From: an uncultured Treponemataceae bacterium
Lineage (GTDB): Bacteria; Spirochaetota; Spirochaetia; Treponematales; Treponemataceae
Assembly (NCBI GenBank): GCA_964470435.1
Contig: CAYYCW010000001.1
Span: forward strand, 1-37,026
DNA: 37,026 nucleotides
Direction: 5' to 3'
The notes under the pieces are model-generated. The model searched no databases. It was given only the letters and a program-made list of their open reading frames with translations, and was not told the origin of the DNA. Position numbers and translations under genes: made by a program. Within the stretch, counting starts at the first letter, position 1. Each line of letters begins with the position of its first letter. This document shows, piece after piece, positions 16,747-25,192 of this stretch.

Positions 16747-17458
16747 AGCAGTTGCCTTGCGGTGTCCACGCACTGTCGGCAGTAACAATGCAGCCGTTAA
16801 GGTGAAAATTGGATAAAAGATAAAAGGCAATGTCCGCCGCCTCTTCTGGTAAAAGAAGCTTGCCTGTAGGCATCTTTGCTTTAAGCTTGTCTTGCTCTTC
16901 TTTTGAAAGAGCTTTGTCTTCAATAAAGCCTGGACATAGCCCTGTGCAGCTTATGCCAAATTTGCTGTAGTTTTCAGCTACAGAGCGCACTATGGATGAA
17001 AGCCCCGTCTTTGCAGCAGCATACACAGCGTTTGTCGCAAAACCGCGCACTCTGTCAGTACGTGTTCCGCCAAAAAGAAGGATTCTGCCCCATCGCCTTT
17101 CTTTCATTCCTAAAAGAGCTGCAGAAACTGCATAGCCCGGCATAACAAGGTTTGAAAACACTGTTTTTTCCCATTCTTCAGCTGTAGTGTGTTCAAGAGG
17201 CTTTTGCAAAAATTCCCCGCGCGCGATGCAAAGCACGTCGGAGTTTTTAGCAGCTTCCGCAAGCGGCTTAAGGCAGCTTTTTTCATCAAGGTTAAGGGTG
17301 ATAAAGAGCTCAAATTCGCCTTGTGCTGCGCTTCCAGGCTTTCCAATTACGCTAACCCTTCCGCCAGCAGCAAGCAGTCTTTGCGCAAGGGCAGCGCCTA
17401 CCCCGCTTGTGCCGCCAACTACAAGAACATTTTTGCCTAAAAAGATTTTTTCTGCCAT
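16733..17458 (-). CDS. Short-chain dehydrogenase/reductase (SDR, FabG-like)
   Basis: The Rossmann motif VVGGTSGVGAALAQRL and the catalytic YAAAK are present. Length is 241 aa. Confidence 0.85.
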   Translation of the reverse strand: MAEKIFLGKNVLVVGGTSGVGAALAQRLLAAGGRVSVIGKPGSAAQGEFELFITLNLDEKSCLKPLAEAAKNSDVLCIARGEFLQKPLEHTTAEEWEKTVFSNLVMPGYAVSAALLGMKERRWGRILLFGGTRTDRVRGFATNAVYAAAKTGLSSIVRSVAENYSKFGISCTGLCPGFIEDKALSKEEQDKLKAKMPTGKLLLPEEAADIAFYLLSNFHLNGCIVTADSAWTPQGNCYVFG

Positions 17459-17561
17459 TATGCTTTTATTTTAGCAAGGGCTTTGCTTGCCACCCTAGTT
17501 TTGCAAGTGGAGTATAGCCTTTTCCTGTTGACAGAACAAGGCTTAAAGCGAAAATAAAGGC

Positions 17562-18290
17562 ATGAATGCGCAGTCCGTTGCTGTTGTGCTTTGCCGCCCT
17601 GAAGAAAGCAGGAATGTAGGCTCCGTGTGCCGCGCCATGAAAAACATGGGCTTTTTTGACTTGCGTGTTGTAGGTTGCCGCAATGACTTTAACGAGCATC
17701 AAGTGCGCGCGCTTTCCTTGCAAGCCTTTGATATTTGGGAAGCGGCCGCCTTCTTTCAGCCTAACGCGGAGGGCCTTGCTGCTGCCGTTGCGGATTGCTC
17801 ACTTGCTGCAGGAACTACAAGGCGGCGCGGAAAGAGGCGAAAGGGCATAGCATTTACCCCAGAGCAGCTTGCTTCTTACGTTAGCGGCTTGAGTTCTAGC
17901 GCTAAGTTTGCCCTAGTTTTTGGCAACGAGCGCACAGGTCTTACAGACGAAGAGCTAGACGAGTGCTCCCTTTCTGTCTGTATTCCTGCAAGCAACAGCT
18001 TTCCATCCCTTAACTTGTCTCACGCTGTTCAAGTGCTTTTATACGTACTTTCGCGCGCATTTGATTCCGCCCCGCATGGTTACGAGCCTGTTAGCCTTGA
18101 GCGCCTTAAAGACGCGGTTTCTGGCATTTCTGCAAATATAAGCCGCACGGGGCTTTATAAATACGCTGGCGGCGAGGATAATGAAAAATTCCTAAAAGAG
18201 ATTTTTGCGCGCGCTATGCTTTCAGAAAAGGAGCTAAGGCGCCTTGAAAGCCTTTTTCATAAGATTTCATATATAAAGACAGGTCGCTAA
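17562..18290 (+). CDS. TrmJ-like SpoU-family tRNA (cytidine/uridine-2'-O)-methyltransferase
   Basis: VVLCRPEESRNVGSVCRAMKNMGF, LVFGNERTGLTDEEL and SLNLSHAVQVLLY show the TrmJ-type motif order. Confidence 0.75.
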   Translation: MNAQSVAVVLCRPEESRNVGSVCRAMKNMGFFDLRVVGCRNDFNEHQVRALSLQAFDIWEAAAFFQPNAEGLAAAVADCSLAAGTTRRRGKRRKGIAFTPEQLASYVSGLSSSAKFALVFGNERTGLTDEELDECSLSVCIPASNSFPSLNLSHAVQVLLYVLSRAFDSAPHGYEPVSLERLKDAVSGISANISRTGLYKYAGGEDNEKFLKEIFARAMLSEKELRRLESLFHKISYIKTGR

Positions 18291-18325
18291 AAGGCTAGGT
18301 TAAAGTAAAGCCTTAAACGCAAAAA

Positions 18326-18354
18326 GGGCGCCCTGTTGCAGGCGCCCGCATTTT
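18326..18354. terminator. Bidirectional intrinsic terminator between the convergent trmJ-like gene and nifJ
   Basis: An A5 run, GGGCGCC (18326-18332), loop CTGTTGCA, GGCGCCC (18341-18347), then GCATTTT. Confidence 0.7.
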
Positions 18355-18359
18355 ATAGC

Positions 18360-21300
18360 TCACTTATATAGCTCAATTAGCCTTTGCAGATGCTCAAACC
18401 TTGCCTTTGCAGCGTTCTCGCTATTCTTAAACAAGATCTCTGCCCTTTCAGGGAATTCCCTAACAAGGCTTGAATAGCGCGTTTCATTAGCAAGGAACTC
18501 TTGGTACTTTCCTTCAACGGGCTTTGCCGCAAGCGTAAAGGGATTTTTACCCTCAGCCTTTAGCGCGGGATTAAAGCTAAAAAGATTCCAGTAGCCTGAT
18601 GTAACAGCGCTTTTCATTGAATCCTGGCAGTGATTTAAGCCGCCCCTTATTCCATGAAGCTCGCACGGCGAATATCCAATAATAAGGGAAGGACCGTTGT
18701 ACGCTTCAGCTTCAACTAAAACCTTCACTGTGTGCGATGGATTTGCCCCAAGCGCAACTTGGGCAACATAGACATATCCGTAAGCTATTGCCATTTCTGC
18801 CAATGACTTTTTGCCTATTTCCTTGCCAGATGCCGCAAACTGGCAAATTTCTCCAATGTTTGAAGCCTTTGATGACTGTCCACCTGTGTTAGAATACATT
18901 TCTGTATCGAATACAAGAAGATTTACATCCTCGCCAGAAGCAATTACATGGTCAAGGCCGCCATAGCCAATGTCATAGGCCCAGCCGTCGCCACCCATAA
19001 TCCACACGGACTTTTTGCTCAAGTAATCTTGTTGCTCAAGTATCTCCTTTGACTTGGCACATCCGCATTTTTCAAGCTCTGCAATTAGCTCCTTAGTAGG
19101 CTCAACATTTGCAAGCGTGTTGTTCTTTGTTTCAAGGAACCTCGCTATAGCCGCCTTAAGGGATTCTGGCGTGCCCGCGTCAGCCGCAAGCTCTTGAAGC
19201 TTAAAGCAAAGGCCTTCGCGGATATACTTTTGCCCAAGGTGAATGCCAAGTCCGTGCTCCGCATTGTCTTCAAACAGGGAGTTTGCCCAAGCAGGTCCGC
19301 GCTTTGTATCCTTGTTCACTGTGTAGGGACAAGTTGCCGCAGGACCGCCCCAAATTGAAGAGCAGCCTGTAGCGTTTGAAATGTACATTTGCTCGCCAAA
19401 AAGTTGGGTAACAAGGCGACCGTAAGAGGTTTCAGCGCAACCGCCGCAAGCCCCTGAAAACTCCAAAAGCGGTTGGTTAAACTGCGAGCCCTTAGGCGTA
19501 AGCTCATTGATGTTGGCATCTGTCTTTTTGCTTACGTTTTCAACAAGGTAGTCAAAAATCGGCTGCTTTTCCACCTCTTCTTCAAGTGGTACCATTTTAA
19601 TGGCATCAGTGGGACACACAGTTATGCATTCCGCGCAACCTGTGCAGTCAAGCTGGGAAACGCTTATAATGTACTTGTACTTTGAAGGCTTAGGCCTTGT
19701 TTCCTCAACCTCCGTAATGGAAGGTGCCGCCTTAACCTCCTCTTCTGAAAGGAGGAAGGGGCGTATTGTAGCATGGGAGCAAACAAAGGAGCACAGGTTG
19801 CACTGCACGCATTTGGCACCTTCCCAGCGTGGAACGGCAACAGCGGCACCGCGCTTTTCGTATGCAGTTGCCCCCAGCTCAAAATGCCCATCAGCGTAGT
19901 CCGTAAAGGCAGAAACAGGCAAGCTATCGCCGTCCATCATTACAATGGGGTTCATAAGGTTTTCAACCATAGCCACCGTCTTGGCGTCTCCCTTAAGCGC
20001 GGGCGCGGGCTTGTCAGGTTCCGGGTTTTTCCAAGATTCAGGCACTTCAACCTTGTGCAAGCTTTCAACGCCCGCGTCTATAGCCGCATAGTTCATTTGC
20101 ACTATGTCATCACCCTTTTTGCCATATGACTTTTTCGCTGCATCCTTCATCTCGCTAATAGCTTGCTCAATCGGAATTACATTGGCAAGCTTAAAAAAGG
20201 CGGATTGCAAAATAGTATTAGTGCGCTTGCCCATTCCAATTTCAATAGCCTTGTCAATAGCGTTAATTGTGTAAACTTGAATATTGTTGTCAGCAATGTA
20301 CTTTTTAGATGCCGCGTTTAGCTTATTGCCAAGCTCCTCATCTGTCCACTGGCAGTTGATAAGAAAGGTACCACCTGGCTTAACGTCTTGTACCATCTTA
20401 AAACCATTCGTGATGTAAGAAGGGTTGTGGCAAGCCACAAAGTCCGCGCTGTTGATATAGTAGGGACTTTTAATAGGATTATCTCCAAAGCGAAGATGCG
20501 AAATTGTAATGCCGCTTGTTTTTTTGGAGTCATATTGAAAGTACGCTTGAATGTACTTGTCAGTGTTGTCGCCTATAATCTTTGTGGAGTTCTTGTTAGC
20601 GCCAACTGTGCCGTCGCCGCCAACGCCCCAAAACTTGCACTCCACTGTACCTTCAGCTGTAGTTATAGGAGCAGGCTTTATTTCAGGCAAGCTCAAGTTT
20701 GTAACGTCATCTACAATGCCCACCGTAAAGCGCGGCTTTGGCTCATCCTTTTCAAGCTCCTTGTAAACTGCAAACACGCTTGAAGGCGGTGTATCCTTTG
20801 AGCTAAGACCGTAGCGACCGCCTGTAAGGACAATGTTGTTAAGCTGTGCCTCGCGAAGTGTTGTAGCAACATCAAGGAAGAGCGGGTCGCCAAGAGCGCC
20901 AGGCTCCTTTGTCCTATCCAAAACAGCAATCTTTTTTACTGTCTTTGGCAGGGCCGCAACAAACTTTTCTTGCACCCACGGCCTGTAAAGGCGCACCTTT
21001 ACAATGCCAACCTTTTCTCCGCGAGCGCAAAGGTAGTCGATAACCTCTTCCGCAACATCGCAAATGGAGCCCATTGCGACAATCACGCGGTCAGCTTCTG
21101 GGTCCCCGTAGTAGTTAAAAAGGCCGTAATCTGTGCCAATCTTGGCATTAATCTTAGCCATATACTTTTCAACAACAGCAGGCAACGCGTTGTAAAGAGT
21201 ATTGCATGCTTCCCTATGCTGAAAGAAAATGTCGCCGTTTTCATGCGAGCCACGCATTTCAGGATGCGCTGGGTTAAGGGACTTGTTGCGGAAAGCCTTG

Positions 21301-21899
21301 ACAGCTTCCATATTGCACATTTCCCCTAGCTCATCATAATCCCAAGTGTCAACCTTCTTTACCTCATGGGAAGTGCGAAACCCATCAAAGAAATTGAGGA
21401 ACGGCACCTTTCCTTCAATAGCTGCAAGATGTGCCACAGGTGCTAAGTCCATAATCTCTTGAGGGTTAGTTTCTGCAAGCATGGCAAAACCCGTTTGCCG
21501 GCAAGCATATATGTCGCTTTGATCCCCAAAAATGCTTAAGGCGTGCGTCGCCACTGTCCTTGCAGGAACATGGAAAACTGCCGGCAGTTGCTCAGCCGCT
21601 ATTTTATACATGTTGGGAATCATCAAAAGAAGCCCCTGCGAAGCCGTGAAGGTTGTTGTAAGCGCGCCTGCCGCAAGTGAGCCGTGAACAGTGCCCGCAG
21701 CCCCTCCTTCAGACTGCATTTCTATAACATTTACAGGCGTACCAAAAATATTTTTTAAGCCCTTTGCTGACCACTGGTCAACAAGATCGGCCATTGGAGA
21801 AGATGGAGTAATGGGATAAATTCCTGCAACCTCCGTAAAGGCGTAAGCCACGTGCGCTGCAGCCTGATTCCCATCCATTGAATGCTTTTTCCTGGACAT
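18360..21899 (-). CDS. nifJ: Pyruvate:ferredoxin (flavodoxin) oxidoreductase, single-polypeptide PFOR
   Basis: Length is 1179 aa. It has two ferredoxin-type 4Fe-4S motifs (CVQCNLCSFVCSHATIRP, CTGCAECITVCPTDAI) and the TPP region GGDGWAYDIGYGGLDH. The N-terminus MDGNQAAAHVAYAFTEVAGIYPITPSS is typical. Confidence 0.95.
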   Translation of the reverse strand: MSRKKHSMDGNQAAAHVAYAFTEVAGIYPITPSSPMADLVDQWSAKGLKNIFGTPVNVIEMQSEGGAAGTVHGSLAAGALTTTFTASQGLLLMIPNMYKIAAEQLPAVFHVPARTVATHALSIFGDQSDIYACRQTGFAMLAETNPQEIMDLAPVAHLAAIEGKVPFLNFFDGFRTSHEVKKVDTWDYDELGEMCNMEAVKAFRNKSLNPAHPEMRGSHENGDIFFQHREACNTLYNALPAVVEKYMAKINAKIGTDYGLFNYYGDPEADRVIVAMGSICDVAEEVIDYLCARGEKVGIVKVRLYRPWVQEKFVAALPKTVKKIAVLDRTKEPGALGDPLFLDVATTLREAQLNNIVLTGGRYGLSSKDTPPSSVFAVYKELEKDEPKPRFTVGIVDDVTNLSLPEIKPAPITTAEGTVECKFWGVGGDGTVGANKNSTKIIGDNTDKYIQAYFQYDSKKTSGITISHLRFGDNPIKSPYYINSADFVACHNPSYITNGFKMVQDVKPGGTFLINCQWTDEELGNKLNAASKKYIADNNIQVYTINAIDKAIEIGMGKRTNTILQSAFFKLANVIPIEQAISEMKDAAKKSYGKKGDDIVQMNYAAIDAGVESLHKVEVPESWKNPEPDKPAPALKGDAKTVAMVENLMNPIVMMDGDSLPVSAFTDYADGHFELGATAYEKRGAAVAVPRWEGAKCVQCNLCSFVCSHATIRPFLLSEEEVKAAPSITEVEETRPKPSKYKYIISVSQLDCTGCAECITVCPTDAIKMVPLEEEVEKQPIFDYLVENVSKKTDANINELTPKGSQFNQPLLEFSGACGGCAETSYGRLVTQLFGEQMYISNATGCSSIWGGPAATCPYTVNKDTKRGPAWANSLFEDNAEHGLGIHLGQKYIREGLCFKLQELAADAGTPESLKAAIARFLETKNNTLANVEPTKELIAELEKCGCAKSKEILEQQDYLSKKSVWIMGGDGWAYDIGYGGLDHVIASGEDVNLLVFDTEMYSNTGGQSSKASNIGEICQFAASGKEIGKKSLAEMAIAYGYVYVAQVALGANPSHTVKVLVEAEAYNGPSLIIGYSPCELHGIRGGLNHCQDSMKSAVTSGYWNLFSFNPALKAEGKNPFTLAAKPVEGKYQEFLANETRYSSLVREFPERAEILFKNSENAAKARFEHLQRLIELYK

Positions 21900-21955
21900 A
21901 AAATCCTCCTAAAGTTAGATCGATAAATACAAAAGCCTAAAACATCCTATCTTAG

Positions 21956-21984
21956 ATAATATACCTTTATCTCGCTTTCTGCAA
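21956..21984 (-). promoter_or_regulatory. Putative sigma70-type promoter of nifJ
   Basis: On the minus strand, TTGCAG (21984-21979), a 17-nt spacer, then TATTAT (21961-21956). An AGGAGGA RBS lies just upstream of the ATG at 21899. Confidence 0.35.
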
Positions 21985-22203
21985 CATTATAAAATTAGCC
22001 TTTCGGCAGTATGCAGCCGGAGGGATTGGCACGGGCTATCTAACTCTGTTACAAAAATACTGTATCAAATTAATACACTAAATAGTGTCAATTTAGCTAT
22101 GTTTGCGCGTTTTGCCCCCACTTTTCCCTGCTTTTTTTACGGCTAGCCCAAAATCGCCCTACTTGGGCTGCTTCGTATGCAGTTTTCGCTTGAAAAATAC
22201 GGC

Positions 22204-22222
22204 GCACAAGACTTCGTTGTGC
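22204..22222. promoter_or_regulatory. Inverted repeat GCACAA-N7-TTGTGC, a candidate enhancer-binding-protein site (UAS)
   Basis: The arms lie at 22204-22209 and 22217-22222, about 135 nt upstream of the sigma54-type element. An AT-rich tract lies between them. Confidence 0.3.
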
Positions 22223-22323
22223 ATGTTTTCGTAAATATTTTCATCTTATAATTAGTGGTATTACAATGAATTAGGTATAATTCAATCTTACTTTCTTGTT
22301 TTTTTGCTTTTTGTTTACTATTT

Positions 22324-22339
22324 TGGCACTCTTATTGCT
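22324..22339 (+). promoter_or_regulatory. Sigma54 (RpoN) -24/-12 promoter element upstream of hsp20
   Basis: TGGCAC (22324-22329), TCTTA, then TTGCT (22335-22339) matches every fixed position of the consensus TGGCAC-N5-TTGCW. The orientation is correct. The predicted TSS is about 22350, roughly 50 nt before the ATG at 22401. Confidence 0.5.
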
Positions 22340-22400
22340 TGTATTATCTGTGTAAAGCGGGTTTTAAAGCCTGGCTAAAACTAAAATTTTGGAGGATACC

Positions 22401-22841
22401 ATGAACTCATTAAGTCTTTTTAATTCTTCTTTTTCGGACATGTTCGATGTACTTGACCGCGGCATGAGCTTTTTTGTTCCAGCGACTGCAACCGCCGCCC
22501 CGCGCGTAGACGTAAGGGAAACCGACAACGCTTACATTATGGAAATGGAGCTGCCCGGCTACAAGGATAAGGACGTTGAAATTAGTCTGAAAGACCGCGT
22601 TCTTTCTATTTCTTCTAGGCAGGAGGAAAGCGCTGAAAAGAAGGCTGATAGCGGCGAAAACAAGGCGCCAGAATACCTTATTCGGGAGCGCAGAATAGCC
22701 TCGTTTAGCAGGAGGTTTACGCTGCCCGCCGACATTGACGCGGAAGGCGTGAAGGCCGCGTTTAAGGACGGCATTTTGGAAATTGACATTCCGCGCCGCC
22801 CCGAAAACCAGCCGCGCATGATTGAAATTAAGACAGCGTAA
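22401..22841 (+). CDS. Hsp20/alpha-crystallin family small heat-shock protein
   Basis: Alpha-crystallin domain features are PRVDVRETDNAYIMEMELPGYKDKDVEISL...RFTLPADIDAEGVKAAFKDGILEIDIP. A GGAGGA RBS lies at 22391-22396. The track start at 22389 is a TTG. Confidence 0.9.
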   Translation: MNSLSLFNSSFSDMFDVLDRGMSFFVPATATAAPRVDVRETDNAYIMEMELPGYKDKDVEISLKDRVLSISSRQEESAEKKADSGENKAPEYLIRERRIASFSRRFTLPADIDAEGVKAAFKDGILEIDIPRRPENQPRMIEIKTA

Positions 22842-22862
22842 AACTCACCTTGAAAAAACCCT

Positions 22863-22894
22863 AGCCCGCAGGATAAGTGCCTGCGGGCTTTTTT
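22863..22894 (+). terminator. Intrinsic terminator of hsp20, also usable by the convergent gene
   Basis: AGCCCGCAGG (22863-22872), loop ATAAGTG, CCTGCGGGCT (22880-22889), then a T-run to 22894. An A-run lies upstream. Confidence 0.8.
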
Positions 22895-22915
22895 ATAGGA
22901 TGACAAGCCCTGCGG

Positions 22916-24520
22916 CTAGCCCTTTCTTGCGCGCATTACAGAGCTATAAAGCCTGTAACCGCCTGCAAGGTTTATAGCATTAAAGCCGTTTTGCGAAAGT
23001 ATGCGGCAAGCAAGGTAGCTTGTAAGCCCCACCTGGCAGCTAACGTAGACAGGAATATTCTTGTCAAAATCTTCTAGCTTTTCGCGAAGCTCCGCAAGCG
23101 GAATTGACACCGCTTGTGGGATTGTTCCCTTGGCATAGTCTGAAGCGGGGCGAACATCTATAAGCTGAAGGCATTCAGTTTTTGTAAGAGCGTCCACATC
23201 GTGCCAATGTATTTGCTTAACCTTTCCACTTAAAAGGTTTTCAATCATGTTGCCCGCCATGTTTACAGGATCTTTTGCGGAAGAAAAAGGTGGGGCGTAT
23301 GCAAGCTCAAGGGAAGAAAGGTCAGACGCTGTTGCTCCAAATCGGATTGCGGTTGCAAGTACATCTATCCTTTTGTCAACGCCTTCAAAGCCCACGGCTT
23401 GCGCGCCTATAATCTTTGCGCTTTCCTTGTCAAAAAGCACCTTTAAGCTCATAAAGCGCGCGCCGGGGTAATACGTCGCGTGGCTTGCGGAATACAAGAA
23501 AACCTTGTCGCATGGAATGCCTAAGGCACGCGCAGCACGCTCGTTTAAGCCAGTGGCAGCGGCTGTCATGTCAAACATCTTAAACACGGACGTGCTGAAG
23601 CTTCCCTTGTAGCTGCTATTGCCGCCTGCAATATTGTCAGCGGCAACGCGCGCTTGCTTGTTTGCAGGACCTGCAAGGGGAATAAAAGCATTCTCGCCTG
23701 AAACAAAATTGCGCACTTCTACAGCATCGCCTACAGCGTAGATGTCAGGGTCGCTTGTGCACATGTGATCATCCACCTTTATTGTGCCCTTAACGCCCAT
23801 GTCGAGGTCGCAAGATAAGGCAAGGCCGCCTTCGGGCTTTATGCCAACGGAAATAATGGCCATGTCGCAACCAGTTTCATCCATATTGCTAACCTGCGTA
23901 TTCATCTTTACCGTAATGCCCTTTTCTCGCATATAATTCACAACGTCGCAAGCTGTATCCCCATCCAGAATGCCTGCTATGGTGGGAGCAGCTTCAAACA
24001 CCGTAACCGAAAGGCCGCGCTTGGTAAGGTTTTCTGCCATTTCAAGGCCTATAAGCCCTGCTCCTATAATGGCTGCGCTTTTTGGCTTTTTTTCCCTTAT
24101 AAAGTCGTCTATCTTGAAAGCGTCTGGAATGCTCCTTAGCGTAAATATGTTTTCGCCTAAAAGAGGAAGGCGCAAAGGCTCAGCCCCAGGTGAAAGGAGC
24201 AGCTTATCGTAGCTTTCAGTGTAAGAGGAGCCGTCCGCCCTCTTCACGGTTACTTTCTTTTCCGCGCGATCTATAGCCGTTACTTCTTCTTGCACGCGCA
24301 CATTAATGTTAAAGCGGCTTTTAAAGCTTTCAGGCGTTTGCAAGGTTAACGCAGCCTTTTCTGTAATTTCGCCGCCAATGAAATAAGGAAGCCCGCAATT
24401 TGCAAAAGAGATATACTCGCCGCGCTCAAAAATGATAATTTCCGCCGACTCATCTAGTCTTCTAAGCCTTGTAGCCGCAGTAGCCCCGCCTGCAACGCCT
24501 CCTACAATTAAAACCTTCAA
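22916..24520 (-). CDS. CoA-disulfide reductase / NADH-dependent persulfide reductase-type flavoprotein with a C-terminal rhodanese domain
   Basis: The FAD motif is VLIVGGVAGGATAATRL. The redox Cys context SFANCGLPY matches CoADR/Nox. A second dinucleotide motif is AAIIGAGLIGLE. The C-terminal rhodanese loop is VSCQVGLTS. I prefer the TTG at 24520, preceded by a GGAGG RBS, over the track start at 24565. Confidence 0.85.
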   Translation of the reverse strand: MKVLIVGGVAGGATAATRLRRLDESAEIIIFERGEYISFANCGLPYFIGGEITEKAALTLQTPESFKSRFNINVRVQEEVTAIDRAEKKVTVKRADGSSYTESYDKLLLSPGAEPLRLPLLGENIFTLRSIPDAFKIDDFIREKKPKSAAIIGAGLIGLEMAENLTKRGLSVTVFEAAPTIAGILDGDTACDVVNYMREKGITVKMNTQVSNMDETGCDMAIISVGIKPEGGLALSCDLDMGVKGTIKVDDHMCTSDPDIYAVGDAVEVRNFVSGENAFIPLAGPANKQARVAADNIAGGNSSYKGSFSTSVFKMFDMTAAATGLNERAARALGIPCDKVFLYSASHATYYPGARFMSLKVLFDKESAKIIGAQAVGFEGVDKRIDVLATAIRFGATASDLSSLELAYAPPFSSAKDPVNMAGNMIENLLSGKVKQIHWHDVDALTKTECLQLIDVRPASDYAKGTIPQAVSIPLAELREKLEDFDKNIPVYVSCQVGLTSYLACRILSQNGFNAINLAGGYRLYSSVMRARKG

Positions 24521-24553
24521 CTTAAAACCTCCGCATTTTATGTTTTTGCTAAT

Positions 24554-24562
24554 ATTATAGCA
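24554..24562 (-). promoter_or_regulatory. Putative extended -10 promoter (TGcTATAAT) of the CoADR-rhodanese gene
   Basis: The minus strand reads TGCTATAAT across 24562-24554, about 34 nt upstream of the TTG start. Confidence 0.35.
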
Positions 24563-24592
24563 CAAAGTGATGTTAGAGATTGAGAACTTTTG

Positions 24593-24644
24593 GCTCTAAG
24601 CTCTAAGCTCTAAGCTCTAAGCTCTAAGCTCTAAGCTCTAAGCT
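24593..24644. repeat. Perfect heptanucleotide tandem repeat (GCTCTAA) x7 plus a partial GCT
   Basis: Counted base by base, seven identical units span 24593-24641 and GCT follows at 24642-24644. The array lies in the divergent intergenic region. Confidence 0.95.
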
Positions 24645-24652
24645 TAATTCCC

Positions 24653-24681
24653 TTGCAAAATATTTACAGCAGTTGTATAAT
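24653..24681 (+). promoter_or_regulatory. Putative sigma70-type promoter of cheW
   Basis: TTGCAA (24653-24658), a 17-nt spacer, then TATAAT (24676-24681). A GGAGG RBS lies at 24703-24707. Confidence 0.5.
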
Positions 24682-24712
24682 CGTCCTAAATACGTTTTAT
24701 GCGGAGGCAGCA

Positions 24713-25186
24713 ATGGCGGAAGAATCCCAGTGTCAGCTTGTAACTTTTCAGTTAGGTAACGAGCTTTATGGCGTTGATATAATGATGGTAAAGGAAATTG
24801 TCCGCGTGCAAGAAATACGCCCCATTCCTAATGCACCTGCCTATGTTGAAGGCATTTTTAACCTTAGAAGCGAAATTATACCGATTATCAGCTTGCACAG
24901 GCGCTTTCAGTTGCAAAAGGCTACTTTTACTGAAGAAGAGGATTTATATTCCAATGGCTTTGTGATTCTGCAAATAGACGGAAGCAAACTTGGCGTGATT
25001 ATAGATAGAATTGCGCGTGTTATCACTGTGCCTGTGCATGATATTCAGCCTCCACCTCAAGTGATTTCAGGCATAGGCGCAGAATACATAAAAGGCGTTA
25101 TAAGGCAAGAGGACAGATATCTCATTGTGCTTGACGTGCGCCAGCTTATAAACTTAAAAGAGTTGCAGAGCCTTACCATTTTATAA
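24713..25186 (+). CDS. cheW: Chemotaxis coupling protein CheW
   Basis: QLVTFQLGNELYGVDIMMVKEIVRVQEIRPIPNAPAYVEGIFNLRSEIIPIISL is the canonical CheW domain. I prefer the ATG at 24713 (with RBS) over the track start at 24653, which lies inside the promoter. Confidence 0.9.
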   Translation: MAEESQCQLVTFQLGNELYGVDIMMVKEIVRVQEIRPIPNAPAYVEGIFNLRSEIIPIISLHRRFQLQKATFTEEEDLYSNGFVILQIDGSKLGVIIDRIARVITVPVHDIQPPPQVISGIGAEYIKGVIRQEDRYLIVLDVRQLINLKELQSLTIL

Positions 25187-25192
25187 AAAAAC

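Noticed and set aside
18291-18320. The AAGGCT...AGCCTT hairpin and a heptad-like pattern after the trmJ-like stop.
   Set aside because: The phase is irregular, and the adjacent GC-rich hairpin at 18326-18347 already explains termination.
19316-21329. Numerous 67-131 aa ORFs on both strands inside the nifJ span (for example 19773-20129, 20388-20783, 20970-21329).
   Set aside because: They are shadow ORFs inside or antisense to a clearly coding 1179-aa PFOR gene. They have no motifs and low-complexity translations. The same applies to nested ORFs inside der, pfp, recN, rimO and others.
22027-22041. A second TGGCAC in the nifJ/hsp20 spacer.
   Set aside because: The -12 position reads ATCT instead of TTGC, and the site is about 370 nt from the hsp20 start.
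22075-22088. The palindrome ACACTA-AA-TAGTGT, and the palindrome ATATCGATAT at 14361-14370.
   Set aside because: They are short, AT-rich palindromes of a size expected by chance in AT-rich spacers. They match no regulator consensus I can name.
22323-22349. TTGGCACTC as the left arm of a CIRCE (HrcA) operator, TTAGCACTC-N9-GAGTGCTAA, upstream of hsp20.
   Set aside because: The required right arm is absent: GTATTATCT sits where GAGTGCTAA should be. The sigma54 reading explains both conserved blocks.
22389-22400. 5'-extended starts in the ORF track (22389, 24565, 24653, 16923, 29706, 8991, 3940, 7210).
   Set aside because: These are mostly TTG/GTG codons, or extensions that run through promoters or neighbouring genes. 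Downstream ATG/TTG codons with GGAGG-type RBS, or better N-termini, were preferred.
24593-24644. The tandem repeat as a CRISPR array or coding repeat.
   Set aside because: The units are 7 nt with no spacers, no cas genes are present, and stops occur in all frames.
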